Origin: Chrysomallon squamiferum
Taxonomy: Eukaryota; Animalia; Mollusca
Reading direction: 5' to 3'
NCBI GenBank assembly: GCA_012295275.1
Contig: CM022679.1
Location: 3,906,001-3,970,000 of the forward strand
DNA: 64,000 nt
The notes under the pieces are model-generated. The model was not told the origin of the DNA. It did no database searches and was given only the letters and a program-made list of their open reading frames with translations. A program made the position numbers and the translations under genes. Numbering within the stretch: position 1 is the first letter of the stretch; each line of letters begins with the position of its first letter. Of this stretch, positions 15,233 through 28,236 are shown in pieces.

Positions 15233-18200
15233 GCAAGTACTTTTCAAAAACTCTTTTCTTTCGGAGGGGGATAAAACTGATATTATTAAGAATGTTTTTA
15301 GTATTACTTTTTAATTATGAATTTTAGTTATAGAAGTGTAAATTATTTATGTTGGATATATTAAAATTTTAAATATATTTTTGTGTGTGTGTGTGTGTGT
15401 GTGTGCATGTGCACATGCAAAATTCTTGAAATGAATATTAAAAGAAAATTGTTTATTTGTTAGAGCAGTTATAGGTTGATACTTTTTAACTCTTACTATA
15501 TCTTTAAAATATCTTTATAGAATTTCATAGGATAAATAGGATGAAAGTTAAATGAAGAAAAGAAAGAACATAACTTTTGGTTAAAAGATGCAAGTACAAA
15601 TTAATGCACTTCTTAATAAACTTATAATTTCTTTCAATACCATGTTTAATAAATGAGATGAAAAAAAAAAAAAAAAACAATATTTTATTTAACAGTCACT
15701 CATTGCTCCTATATTTTGTGTATAATAATGATTTACTGTGAGAGGATGACCTCTAAACAGCAAGCGTCTCTCTTAAACTGGCATATTTCAATGAAACCCT
15801 CACAGAAAACAAAACAATAGCTCTAGAGCAGGGAGCTACAGTGCACCTGATTTAAAAATAGTTTTAAAAAAATTATATATATAAAATAAAAAAAGTGGCT
15901 TGTTTTCTGGATTTCCTAGATTTCTGGAAGCTGGGTAAATGGTTTGGTACCTGTAATTTTTTTATTTGTTTTATTCAAATAATATGATTTCAATAAATAA
16001 GTGAAATTCTTTTCAACAAAAATTATTTAAAAACTATAAAACAACAAAAAGCCACCCCAACAAAACAAAATAAAAAACCCAACAAAATAATTATTTAATT
16101 TGTTTTTTTATCACATTTTTAAAAATGTCCAAACCAATCATGTTTTATATATATATATAATGTATTTGTTAAAATGGTTCTGTTTAATAATAAAAATCAA
16201 AAATTAAAAAACCAAATAAATCCTTGAACAAAAGATCAAAAATAATTAAATAAAAACAACAACAACAACAACAACAACAATAATAATAATAATAAAACAC
16301 GTACACACACACACACACACATGTGCGTTGTCAGATCAAATTTAGCATTATGCCCATCTAAGTTGTGTATAAGTGGGTGGGGTTCAGGGAATAGATATAA
16401 ATTCCCGTCCACCATACATTTGCCTCCTCCTAATAATGCTAACCATGTTCTTCCTAACAAAAGACCCACATTTTTCCAGATGTTGAACAGACAGTAAATT
16501 CACTATAAAGCTCCATTCATATCATTGACAAGGATACTGTTACTTTTTTTAATATATAAATGACAGTACACCTGTAGTTAAATGAACATTGTAAATCCAT
16601 ACCTTAATAACTTCCATCATTTATCTTTTGTATAATTTTACTATTCCACAAATCGATTTACAGATAATAAAATAATGGGGGAAAAAAAAAAAGAGAGGAC
16701 AAAACAAAGGAAAAAAACACACAAAAGGTGTCACTACTTGTACATTTTTTGTCATAATGGATCATACTATAATCACATAATTAAATATAATAACAGCAGA
16801 ATCAAATTTAGTGATAATAAAAGATAACAGAAAGCTGTTGAGTTGTATTTAACAGAATAATAATAATAAAAAAAGTGTGGCATTGTGCTGATAGGTGAGC
16901 AGGTTCAGTATTTGTTCAGTAGATTTAATGGCAAGTCTGAAACACATGTTCAAATGAAAGGACTGGTGAATTTAGCACAACAGGCATGTTTTTCCTGTTA
17001 AATAAACCAGTATTTGTGAGGTTGATAACTGTACATGTGTTCATAAATTTATGAAATCTGTAAAATGCAAATTCAGACATTTAGTAATAGCATTATTGGT
17101 TTTAGTATTAGTATCAGTCGTAATGGTAGTAATAACAGTTGTTATAGAAGTAATAGTAGTAACAATAGTAGTAGCAGTAAAAAAACAAATTAAGGAAATA
17201 GTTCACTTTTAATAATTTACTGATATGAATATGAAATACAAATAGATACTGCATAATAATAATAAAAAAAATAAAAAAGTAGAGTTAATAAATAAGTAAA
17301 TAATAAGAACAGTCATTTAAAAGCCTTGACATTTTTTGTTTGACAGTGATTTTAATTTAAAACAGATAAAACCTGAGGTAGCTGTTTCAAAGTGTAGAGA
17401 GGACTTTGATAACAGCAACAAAGAAGCTAGAAGTAAGACATGTGTTTTGCTTTCTGCGTAGAACAAAGATTTGTTTGATGAGAACACTTATCTCAGTTAC
17501 AGTGTTAAAATGTTAAATCAGGTGCTTAACAAATGGCCACTGTTGGAGGTCGAGAATAATAGATTACTTTTTATTTACTTTTATTTTTTTGAATTATTTA
17601 TTTGTCTGTGAAAATATAGAAAGTTTACAGAACTCTTTAGATAGTGTGATAGAATATAATCCACACACTTGCAAATAATGTACTTAATTCAGATATGTTA
17701 ATTGCTAAATCCATACATTGGTGCATCATTTAAAATATAACTAAAGTGGTTTTGTTTTGTTTTGTTTTGTTTGTTTTTTGGTTTTTCTTCTCTTTTGTTT
17801 TTAATTAGTCATTTTAATTTTATCAGTTTAAGAATTTTGTTTAGTGAAGTGTAATAGCTATATAGATATATGTTAGTCACAGCTTTTTTAATAGAACTCT
17901 TTTATGCTTATGTTGAACTTAATTTGCATGAAAGCTTCAAGTATCCTAGTTAAGAGTTTAACTTTTCTTAGCTTTGCTTTTTAAATTATTTTTATGGTAT
18001 AGCCTTAATTTGTTTTACAAAATATTTTGAACATTTTAGAAAAGTCTGCTTGAATTTTATTAGCAAAAAAATAGCTGAACATTATTTTTTCATATTATTT
18101 ATAAATAAAACAAATTTATTTATTTATTTATTTTTTCAGGTTATTACACTTAGTTAATTCTCACATGATTCTAACTCCATTTTGTAAACATTTCCATTTG

Positions 18201-18864
18201 GCATTCCATTCTCTCCATAAACCTGCAAATCTGGTTTGTTCTTCTCAACCTCCTGTCTTTGATTACTCTCAAAAAACATATTGGCTGACATAATTTTCTT
18301 TGATGCCTTATTTCAATGGCTGCCTTTTCAAGAGAGCAGAATACTGAATGTTTTACATTTCAGGTAATGTAGAGACGTCCTAAGTCAGTAAAACAGTATG
18401 TGGCGGTTTACTGGTCTAGATACAAGTAATTTGATCATTTGAAGCATGCTTCCTCCCACCGACAGGTCAAGTGCTTTTGTCTCTGGCATATTGTCAGAGC
18501 TGTCTGTGTTAGTGTTAGTATGTTAGAAGATGAAACAGGACGGTAGGCTTGTGAATCACCTACCAAGTGCTAGGGTTGGAGCTGGTACCTGCCTGTATAA
18601 ATGCTAGGTTTTTTTTTTTTTTTTTTATCATCTTCAACACTGTCATTTAGAAAACATGACCATCTTCAGTTTGAAGTGTTTATATTTTTATTATTATCAA
18701 TTTTAGTTTAAAAGGATTAGTTTTAGTTTTTGTTTTTGTTTTAGTTTTTGTTTTAGTTTTTGTTTTTGTTTTAGTTTTTGTTTTTGTTTTAGTTTTTGTT
18801 TTTTGTTTTGTTTTTATTTTAGTTTTAACGGTATTTTTATTAGTTTATTTTAATATTTCTTTTT

Positions 18865-18896
<32 letters not shown>

Positions 18897-19431
18897 GGAT
18901 AATTACTGTTGTTATTTAAATTACTACAACAATTATATTGTTTTCCAAACATCAGTGGGAAATAAACAAAAACGGGTTAAAAAGATAAAAAAAAATTCAA
19001 ATTGAAATCAGACTACAAGTATTAAGTTTGATTAGATTGCTTAAAGAAAATCCTCTCTGCATGAAATTGCCAGATAATTTAAGTCTGTATTACATCTTTT
19101 TTTTCTTCCTTTTTTTTTCTTTCTTTTTTTTTTTTTTGATAATTGCACTTTCCGCTGCTGATATTGAGAGTGTTTTTGAAATAATCTAAAGCTGTTCTGC
19201 AAAGTCACATTAACCTTTTTTTCATAAAATTATCTCAACAAAAGTTATAGTAGTTACTCTTGTTTTTACACAGAAAAAAAAAACAATTGAGAAAAAAGTC
19301 AAAAAAAAAAAAAAAAAACCCATCAAAACAACTAATAACATAAAATGCACTGAAGAACTAAAAGCTGGAACATTGGTCAGTGATTTTGGTAACTGTGAAT
19401 ATTATGCTTCTTCTTTTTCTTGTTATTAATG

Positions 19432-19478
<47 letters not shown>

Positions 19479-20155
19479 TCTTCCTTATAAAAAATGAAAA
19501 TATAATTTTTATTTTACTATTATTATTTTTTTATGAATGTAATTATTAGCCATTAAGATTGAACATATTTCTTACATTCTGATGTGCATGTAGATAATGG
19601 AAGCCTGTGTTACATGAAATTTGTTTTTTAATTCTTTCTTTTTTTCAGTTTTGAAGGTTTGTTACAGATCTTCTTAGAACTAAATAACTGTCTGTGATAT
19701 AAAATATTTTGTCTTTTGATTTTGTTTGTTTGGTTTTATGCCAAAGACCTCAGACAAAGATTTATCAAAACAACAACAACAACAACAACAAAAATAAATT
19801 AAAAAACACAAGAACATTTATCTTGTCTTTTCTCTGCCAAAAATAAAAGTAAATGATGAGAAGAAAAGAAAAGAAAAATAATAATTGTAGTTTGTCTTAG
19901 CTATAAAACTATACAATAAATTAATAAATATGATTTAAAAGAAAATTAAAGAAAGAAAAAAAGAAAGTTGATAAAAATTTAAATAGAGAGAAATGCTTTT
20001 TTACCCCTAATATAAAAAATAAAAAAATAAAAAAAATAAAAAATAAAAAAAATAAAAAAAAATAATAAAAAATAAAAGATCATATTGAGTATACATAAGT
20101 TATTAATTATGTTATTCTATAGATCATACTAATAGAATGATATAATAATAATATA

Positions 20156-20192
<37 letters not shown>

Positions 20193-20579
20193 GTAATAAT
20201 AATAAATAAATAGTAAAAAGAAGGAGAAGTAAGAAATCAAAATTACTCACCCCTCCAGTCAGTTTTTGATCTGCCCTGACATCTATTAGAAACACCACTT
20301 AGCATTACCCTGGTGCTGTTTTAACAAGCAGATTTTCCTGCTAATCTCTGTTTACTGATTGGAACTAAGACAGTTATTGAGATATGTGTTTTTAACTATT
20401 TTAATCTGTATATGCACCTCAAATGATAAGATATTCATTTACATACAGATTTTACACAATAAAGAACAAACACACACAGACCAACATTCATGTATTTGTA
20501 AAAAGAGATATAAATATTTACACAAATACATAAACACACAGATACATATGTAGAAACACATGTCATATCCACATGAAAT

Positions 20580-21396
20580 ACATTACATATATACTAACAA
20601 AACAAATAAGTGTACTTAATGCATGAAATATAACCACTTAAAGATAGTTGCCTTATGTTTACTCACAAATACACAGTATGCACAAAAATGCATATACACA
20701 GATACAAATGTATACACACACAAACACAAACATAGGTATCTAGTTATATATGCATTTAATGCATGGAATATAACAACTTATTTACATGTTAAACATACAC
20801 TCACAAATAAATAATATCCACAGACACACACACTTATCTAGTTGTATATGCACTTAATATAGGAAATATAATCACACACACACACACACACACATACACA
20901 AACACTCACACACACACATTATCTAGTTGTATATGCACTGCTTCGACCAAGTTCCTATTAAACTGACTAAACCTTTATCTCAGTGATTCTTTGATAAGCC
21001 TGGAACAAAGCTAGTTATAAATGTACTTACTGCATGAAATATAACCACTTATATATGTGCTAGATATACACTCACAAATACATAATATGTACACAGAAGC
21101 ATGCACACCTTCACCTTTACACACATTTATCTAGCAGTATATGCAGTTAATGCATGACATATAACTGCATCTATACTCATGAATGCATAACACACACACA
21201 TACACACAGACCCACAGTTATCTAGTTATGCACGTAATGCAGGAAATACAATCACATATATATAAATATATACATACATTATAGACAAACACACACAGCT
21301 ACACTCTCCATTCATCTCATTACATATGCACTGCTTTGACCAAGTTCCTATTAGACTGACTAAACCTTTATCACAGTGATTCTGTGATAAGCCTGG
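20580..21396. repeat. Degenerate intronic minisatellite plus a 73-bp direct repeat
   Basis: Recurrent TTATCTAGTT.TATATGCA.TTAATGCATG.AATATAAC units interleaved with (CA)n. Unit ATATGCACTGCTT.GACCAAGTTCCTATTA.ACTGACTAAACCTTTATC.CAGTGATTCT.TGATAAGCCTGG at 20931-21003 and 21324-21396. Confidence 0.85.
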
Positions 21397-23714
21397 CACT
21401 CTGAGAATGGCTACACCTCAGTGTGTTTTATCACAGCTGTTAATTGTTCACATCTGTAGCACACTTGTAAACTGCAGCATCAACCTGATTGCCATTTTAT
21501 TTATGTGTAGCATTTACAGCAATTAGTTTGAGAGCTTACAAAAAACTCAGTGGTGTTGGACAGATGAGAAAACTAACGACTGACAAATGAGTCTGTGAAT
21601 GAAGTTCAGGGATGTTTGGTTCTGATGATTGTAATGTTTTGTGGTTTTGTTAAAAAAAAAATGACTGATTTTTCTACCAAGGTTAGTATTTTTTTTCTTT
21701 TCTTCTCTTTACTTATTTTTGTCATAATTTGTGAGTATTTTATTTTAAATGTGAATATGTAATTTTCTAATTCTTTTATTTTTCTTTCTTTTTTTACTAT
21801 TGAAATTAGTTTAAAATTATTATTATTATTTTTTTTTTATGGAAATATTTTTTGTTATTGTTATTATTATTAGTAGTAATAGTAGTAGTACCAGTATTTA
21901 TCTTTGTCTTTGTCTTTATCTTTATTTTTATTTTTATTCTTATTCTTATTGTTTTAATCTTTAGATAAATCAACAAAATATTGAAATTATTCTTTAAATA
22001 ACTGGTTAATAATCTTTCCAAACTACTGTTTCTTTAGATGTTTAGTATTGTCACTTGGTACAGTAAATTTTCGTATCTCCTTAACTGATAAATAAAAATC
22101 CACTGAACATTTAAATCTGATCAGATCAATTTGAATAAGATGCTAGGTTTCTCAATCTTTTTTTTATTTTTTTTTATTTTTGTTCAGTAAGTTTTTGTAA
22201 TGTTTCTTAATGAGGTGTAATGTTAGAATTTGTAGTCAGTTTTTTTTACAGTCTTTTTGATAATGATGAATTTCACACAAAGTGATGAAGAAAAATTACC
22301 TAGATATACAAGAATTAAAAGAAAATGAAAACAATAAGATACAGATACACCCAGATATTTGTAGTTGTTTTCATATCTTTGTTTAGAAAATATAACTTAG
22401 AATTATTATTATTATTATTATTAGAATTATTATTATTATTAAATGATGGCTGCTTTTGAATTTAATATCATGTTTGTTTATACTTATAATTTCATTTTTT
22501 TTTCATTTTTTAAATAGGTTAAATGGAAATGTGTATGTTCTGTTTGTGTGTGGGTGAGTGCATGTGAGTGTAAATCTGTGTGTGTTCTTAGTCCCACCAT
22601 TGAAGTAAACTAACTGTATTTTTTTGTTTAAATCAGTGTAATCAATCTGAAAAGGAAACAGGTTTTGTTTTGAAATTTCTATAAAACAGAGAAAAGAAGA
22701 AATAAAGTGTTTTAGCAGTTTAAAGTCTTATTTTCTGTGTGTAAAACATCTCTTCTGTGGTTTTAATGCTAATATAGACATTTATTAATTTGTATTGTCT
22801 TTGCTGTTTTACATTATCCATATTATACTGATTAAAAAGTGGCAAAGAAATTAATCAATAATTTATATAAATATAGTGAAGTAGATATCATACAAAATGC
22901 TAAAATTTAAAATATAAAAAATGCAGTTTTTTTTGTTGCATTAAGACAAGAAATAACCTTGAACAAAAAAAAAAAAAAAAAAAAATCCAAAAATAGAGAG
23001 CAAATTCTTCTATATAACTGTGTTTGTCAGATCTTGTTACCATGGAATAATGTATGTCTGACATTTTTGTACAGTAATTTTTTATCATTAAAAAAAATTT
23101 CTGGCTTGTGTGCATGAAAAATTAATTTTAGACATTTCATCCACAGATAACTAAGTGTATGTGTCAATTGGTATGTGTTGCACGTTATATGTATATTTGT
23201 TTGTATCTGTATACATATACATATGTGAATGTTTTTATATGTGTTTGTACAAAAACAAGTGTTTGTTTATTTTGTATAAATATGTATATGTTTTTATTTT
23301 TATTTCCACAGATATGAATGAATGAAACCATGGACTGGAGACAGAGATGGAGGTAAACGAAGAAGAAGAAATAATCATTCTACTCGCAGTCAGACTTGAA
23401 ACATCAAGAAGGAACATCTTCCATATCTAATTCAGAATTTCCACATCAGTATTCATAATTTACTGGAATTTATTGTCAAGAGTTATGAATTCACTTGAGT
23501 CAGTTAGTATTTCAAGGACGTGAAACATTCTGTGCTTGTATTGTTCTTGAATATGTTAAGGTAAATTTTACTGAGAGGTGTCTAGAAAGAATGGCATTAT
23601 GATGTTTGTATGTTGATATCAGAATATTTCAGGGATTGATATTGTTGGATGCTACAGAGGAAACTGATGAGAAAAGAACTCATTGTGATATTTATTTCTT
23701 AATGCGAGTAGAAA

Positions 23715-25313
23715 ATGTTCAGAATGCCCAGAATTCTTCTTTTGCTGTTCAGTTTGTCTGTCATAACAATGATGTTTGTGGCAAAGTTTGGACTCAACAT
23801 AGACCGACATTTGTACCATTCCAGTAACAGCTTGCCTATGTATAAAGACCACACTGACAGCAAAAGAGCACACTACATCCTCAAAGAAAGAGAGCTAATG
23901 CACAAACAGGAGGTGGACAATCTAAAGGACAAAATTCAGTATTTGGAAAGTAAGTTATTCGATGCAACCGAGCATTTCAAGAATCTTAGCAACAAGCAGG
24001 ACAACGGTGCCAGTTCAAGAGAGATTATGGAAGTAAAGAAGATGATAGCAGACAATCACAAATCAGTAGATTATAAAAAATACTTTCTGGAGAGGATTTT
24101 CTCTGCTGAAATCACCAGAGGACTGCCTTTGAAAACTGAATATGATGTGGTATCTTTCAATCGTTTCACCCTGCACAGGGTCTACCTGGTGGACCCAGGC
24201 CTGGGAAAACGTGTCATTGAGAAGCCCATAGGCTACAAGAAAAGAGATTTGTATGAGATAGTAGCATATGCAGTCGACCAGCTAAACAGGAATGCTTCAA
24301 AATTATCAAGTCCTTACACATTTGAAGATTTCCTGGAAGGCTTGTACCGCTACCAGCCCACAAGTGGCTGCCATTATGAACTCTATTTTAAAAGTAAGGA
24401 AGTTACTGCATGGAATGCCTACACAAAAGTCATAATGCTTCGACCATTTGGCCCACCAATGTTTTTGATGAACCAGCAAATAAACACTGTCCAGGCTTGG
24501 ATAAATCTGATCCTGCCACTTTCAGGCAGACTGGAGACGTTCAGACTTTTTATGCAGAGATTCATTAGCGTGTGTATAAAGCAAGACAGGCGTGTATTCC
24601 TCACTGTTGTTTATTTTGGAAAAGAAGGACTCAAAGAAGTGAAAGACATGATGACACAGACAGCAAAGACACACAAGTTCAAACACATGAAACTGGTCAC
24701 CTTGAAAGAAACGTTTGCCAGAGGTCGTGGCCTTCAGATCGGTGCTCTGAACTGGAAGGGTGGAGATGTGTTACTGTTCCTATGTGATGTTGATGTTATT
24801 TTTAACAATGAATTTCTAGAGCGCTGTCGTCTGAACACTGAGAGAGGTAAGCGAGTGTACTATCCCATTGTGTTCAGCCTGTACAACCCCAAAGTCGTGT
24901 ACTCCCTGCACGACATGGAGATTCCCTCTTTCAAAGACCAGCTCGTCATATCGAAGGACACTGGCTTTTGGCGGGACTTCGGCTATGGAATGACATGCCA
25001 GTACCGCTCAGACTTTCTCAGAATCAAAGGTTTCGATGAACAGATAAAAGGCTGGGGTGGAGAGGATGTGTTTTTGTATCAGAAGTACGTCCGCAGTGAC
25101 TATCTCGTCATCCGAGCCACTGATCCGGGAATTTTTCACATCTGGCACGAGAAGTTTTGCGATCCGAACCTCAGCACAGACCAGTATCGAAGCTGCATCC
25201 GATCAAAGGCTTTGAATGAAGCCTCGCATGCTCAGCTGGGTCTCCTCGCTTTCAAAGACGAAGTGGATGTTCACAGGGGATTCGAACACAACAAAAACCT
25301 GGCAGGTGACTGA
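23715..25313 (+). CDS. CSGALNACT: Chondroitin sulfate N-acetylgalactosaminyltransferase (CSGALNACT1/2-like, CHGN family), 532 aa, intronless CDS
   Basis: Type II Golgi topology: short N-tail, TM ILLLLFSLSVITMMFVA, then a coiled-coil stem. DXD motif FLCDVD, YYPIVFSLYNP, GFWRDFGYGMTCQYRSDF and GWGGEDV match vertebrate CSGALNACT motifs. Acceptor TTTCCACAG| opens the exon at 23312. Confidence 0.95.
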   Translation: MFRMPRILLLLFSLSVITMMFVAKFGLNIDRHLYHSSNSLPMYKDHTDSKRAHYILKERELMHKQEVDNLKDKIQYLESKLFDATEHFKNLSNKQDNGASSREIMEVKKMIADNHKSVDYKKYFLERIFSAEITRGLPLKTEYDVVSFNRFTLHRVYLVDPGLGKRVIEKPIGYKKRDLYEIVAYAVDQLNRNASKLSSPYTFEDFLEGLYRYQPTSGCHYELYFKSKEVTAWNAYTKVIMLRPFGPPMFLMNQQINTVQAWINLILPLSGRLETFRLFMQRFISVCIKQDRRVFLTVVYFGKEGLKEVKDMMTQTAKTHKFKHMKLVTLKETFARGRGLQIGALNWKGGDVLLFLCDVDVIFNNEFLERCRLNTERGKRVYYPIVFSLYNPKVVYSLHDMEIPSFKDQLVISKDTGFWRDFGYGMTCQYRSDFLRIKGFDEQIKGWGGEDVFLYQKYVRSDYLVIRATDPGIFHIWHEKFCDPNLSTDQYRSCIRSKALNEASHAQLGLLAFKDEVDVHRGFEHNKNLAGD

Positions 25314-25540
25314 TGATCAATCAGATACTTATATATATATATAGGGAAATGTAATTACTTTACTCAACTCACAGCTAAAAGAAATTTTTATATTAATTAA
25401 AAAAAACTAAAACTTTGGGGTAAAAAATTTTTAAATTTTGTTTTTACTGTAATTTTGATTTAAAGTGTTCAAATTCTATAATTAGAAAAGCATATATATA
25501 TATATATATATATTAGAAAAGCATATAAATATATATACAT

Positions 25541-25581
<41 letters not shown>

Positions 25582-27349
25582 GATGATATAGGTGAAATTT
25601 ATATGTGCTACTTTCTTTAAAGGTTCAGATTTTTTTACTAAAGTTTACTGAAATCATAGTGTATATTATTTCTTTTGTTTGTGAGTATATGTCTGTGAGG
25701 TTCAATTATTCTCATAACATTTACAATCCATGTATATATATTCATATGTAAAAACAAGATTTTAACAAGACAACTGACAATTGACAAACATTTTTACATT
25801 ACCACAAATCATGTTGAAGTCAATAAAAGGGATATAATATAGTGTTCCATGATTTTGAAAAGGGCTAAAATACAACGCTTCTTTTTTTTTTTTTCACTTT
25901 GTTTTATTCAGCATTACTGTTGTATGTAATGATGTGTTCACATTTGAGATACTGTAAATTGGAAAATGTTGGCAAATACAAAATATTTATCAATTTTAGT
26001 GTGCTAAATTAAATCATAATTAAAAAAGACAAAAAAAACAACAACAAACACAGTTTAGTTTTTCAAAATTAGGTAAAACAATCTTAAGAAAAATATTAAA
26101 ATTTATTACCACAAAAATATGATAAATTTATCACTGCATTAACAATTGTTGTTTTTATCCAGTCTTTATGCAGACAATCTATATTATTTCAAAGTGCACT
26201 AAAAGTTTTATTTAACAAATTTAACAAGTTTACATGAAATACATTTAAGTTGTTAGTTTCAAATCCAACTCTGGTACAGTAATATTTTTATAAAATAATG
26301 TTGGAAGTAAAATATATATATTTTTTAATTTCAAAGTTATTTTTGAAAATGAAATCATTGTGCCTTGCTTAATATCAAAATCAGCCTTAGTAATATTTAA
26401 AATATTTCCCATGCCTATGTTGTTAAAATTATTAATACATTACTGGCATGGAAATTTGTTAAATTTTACTGTTGAAAATACAAACTCCAATGCATTGTGA
26501 ATGTGACATTATTTTGTGGGGTTTTTTCTTGAGTGTTAAAAGAACTTTACAACAAATACATGGATTTATATCTTTGAAATGAAAACACAGATTGCAACAG
26601 TAGAACAATATGCCACTTGATAAGGAATAATACAACCTATTTTTATTTAAATGAGTGTAAGATAAAACTAGCTTCAGTAACAGCTGAACACTGTATTGTT
26701 ATAATATTAATGTAGCTGTTGGCTTTCAGATAATTCACAATGAAAATAATGAGTGGAGTCAGTAAGCGTAATAATAAAATGGTGTAAATTCTGTTCTTCA
26801 CTGGAAAGAATAAATAAATTAATTTCAAAATGTGTAAGAAACAAATAAAAGAAGAGAAATTAAATGACAGCATTGGAAATACTGATAATTTATTGAAAAT
26901 TAAATAATTTGTTGATTTCTTTTTATGATTAATTTTTGTTTTTTCTTTGTTTTATTTTTTTTCCACTTTATTATATATGTTTTTTTGTTGTTGTTTTTTT
27001 TGGTTCTGGGATTTTTGTGTAATTTTTTATTATAAATTTTTTAAAATTATTTTTCTTTTTCTTCCGTTTCTGTTTTTCATTCTACCAACTTTTTTTTTTT
27101 TTTTTTTTTTTTTTTTCTTTTTTCTAAGGTTACAATTTATGTACATGTATCATTTCCTCCTTTAATGTTAAAATTGTAATGCAGTGCTTGGAGGGACTTG
27201 TAGAATTTGTTTTATAAAATTTTCATATTTTAACTTGGATTTTATGAATACTATAATCAGAAAGTGACTTTGTTTTAATGATTCTGAAAAATAATTGGAA
27301 AAGTATTATAATAAGAGAAGAATAACATTCTTTTTTATATAATATTTGT

Positions 27350-27395
<46 letters not shown>

Positions 27396-27795
27396 GTATC
27401 AATAATTATAATTACCTGTTTCTATTTTAAATCAAAATGTAAGAGTTAACAAAAAATTTCACAATGATGGCTAATTAATGAATATTGTTTTGGAAAACAT
27501 AATTTAAAAGAAATGAAAAATATATACTGATGATTGGTTTCAGTTTAAATTTTAATGATTTTTTCAAAAATATAGTATTATACAGTTTTACATTTCTTCT
27601 GTCTCAAAGGTTTACAATTTTTATATTTGTATTTGCTTAACTTCAATATTTAACTTTTATATCTTAAAATGATTTGTTCATTTTCCTTTATATATTTTAA
27701 AATTATATGTTTATTTTCTTTTGTATTTTAAATGTATGTTCATTCTATAACCTTGACTGCCATAGTGGTTTATGACTTTGTTTTTGTTTAATTTA

Positions 27796-28236
27796 TCTAG
27801 TCAAAATATCTAGTTATTTACATTTGGATTTTTTGGTGGTTAATATATGTTTCATGTATAATTTTTTTTATATATCTATCTTTTTTTAAATTTGTGTTCA
27901 TTTTCTAGTCAGAATCATGTTTCAAATGTTTTATTTTTTATTACTTCTATGAGCACTGCCTATCAAAATATTGTTAACAATATTGGATTTTTTATTTAGT
28001 GTTTTGAATTAATATATGTATATATCTATTTTTGTTTTACTTCTGTTTCAGTATTTTCTAGTCAGTAATAATTTTGGAATGTTTGTTGTTGATAATTATA
28101 TCTTTGTTTTTAATTTTTATTATATCAGTTATTAATTTTGTTTTCATTATCTAGTCAAACTATATAAACTAAACATGTTTTTGTTTTATTAATCTTTAAA
28201 CTGTATGTTTAAATATTGATTTACATTGTCTAGTCA
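27796..28236 (+). promoter_or_regulatory. Cluster of five TCTAGTCA motifs (miR-279-family 8mer target sites) in the putative CSGALNACT 3' UTR
   Basis: TCTAGTCA starts at 27796, 27904, 28057, 28150 and 28229. It is the reverse complement of UGACUAGA (miR-279 nt 1-8). A CTAGTCA 7mer-A1 lies at 29462. Confidence 0.55.

Noticed and set aside
27796-28236. Repeated TCTAGTCA units, and the 39015-39420 units, as a CRISPR-like array
   Set aside because: The shared core is too short, spacing is irregular, there are no cas genes, and the context is clearly eukaryotic.
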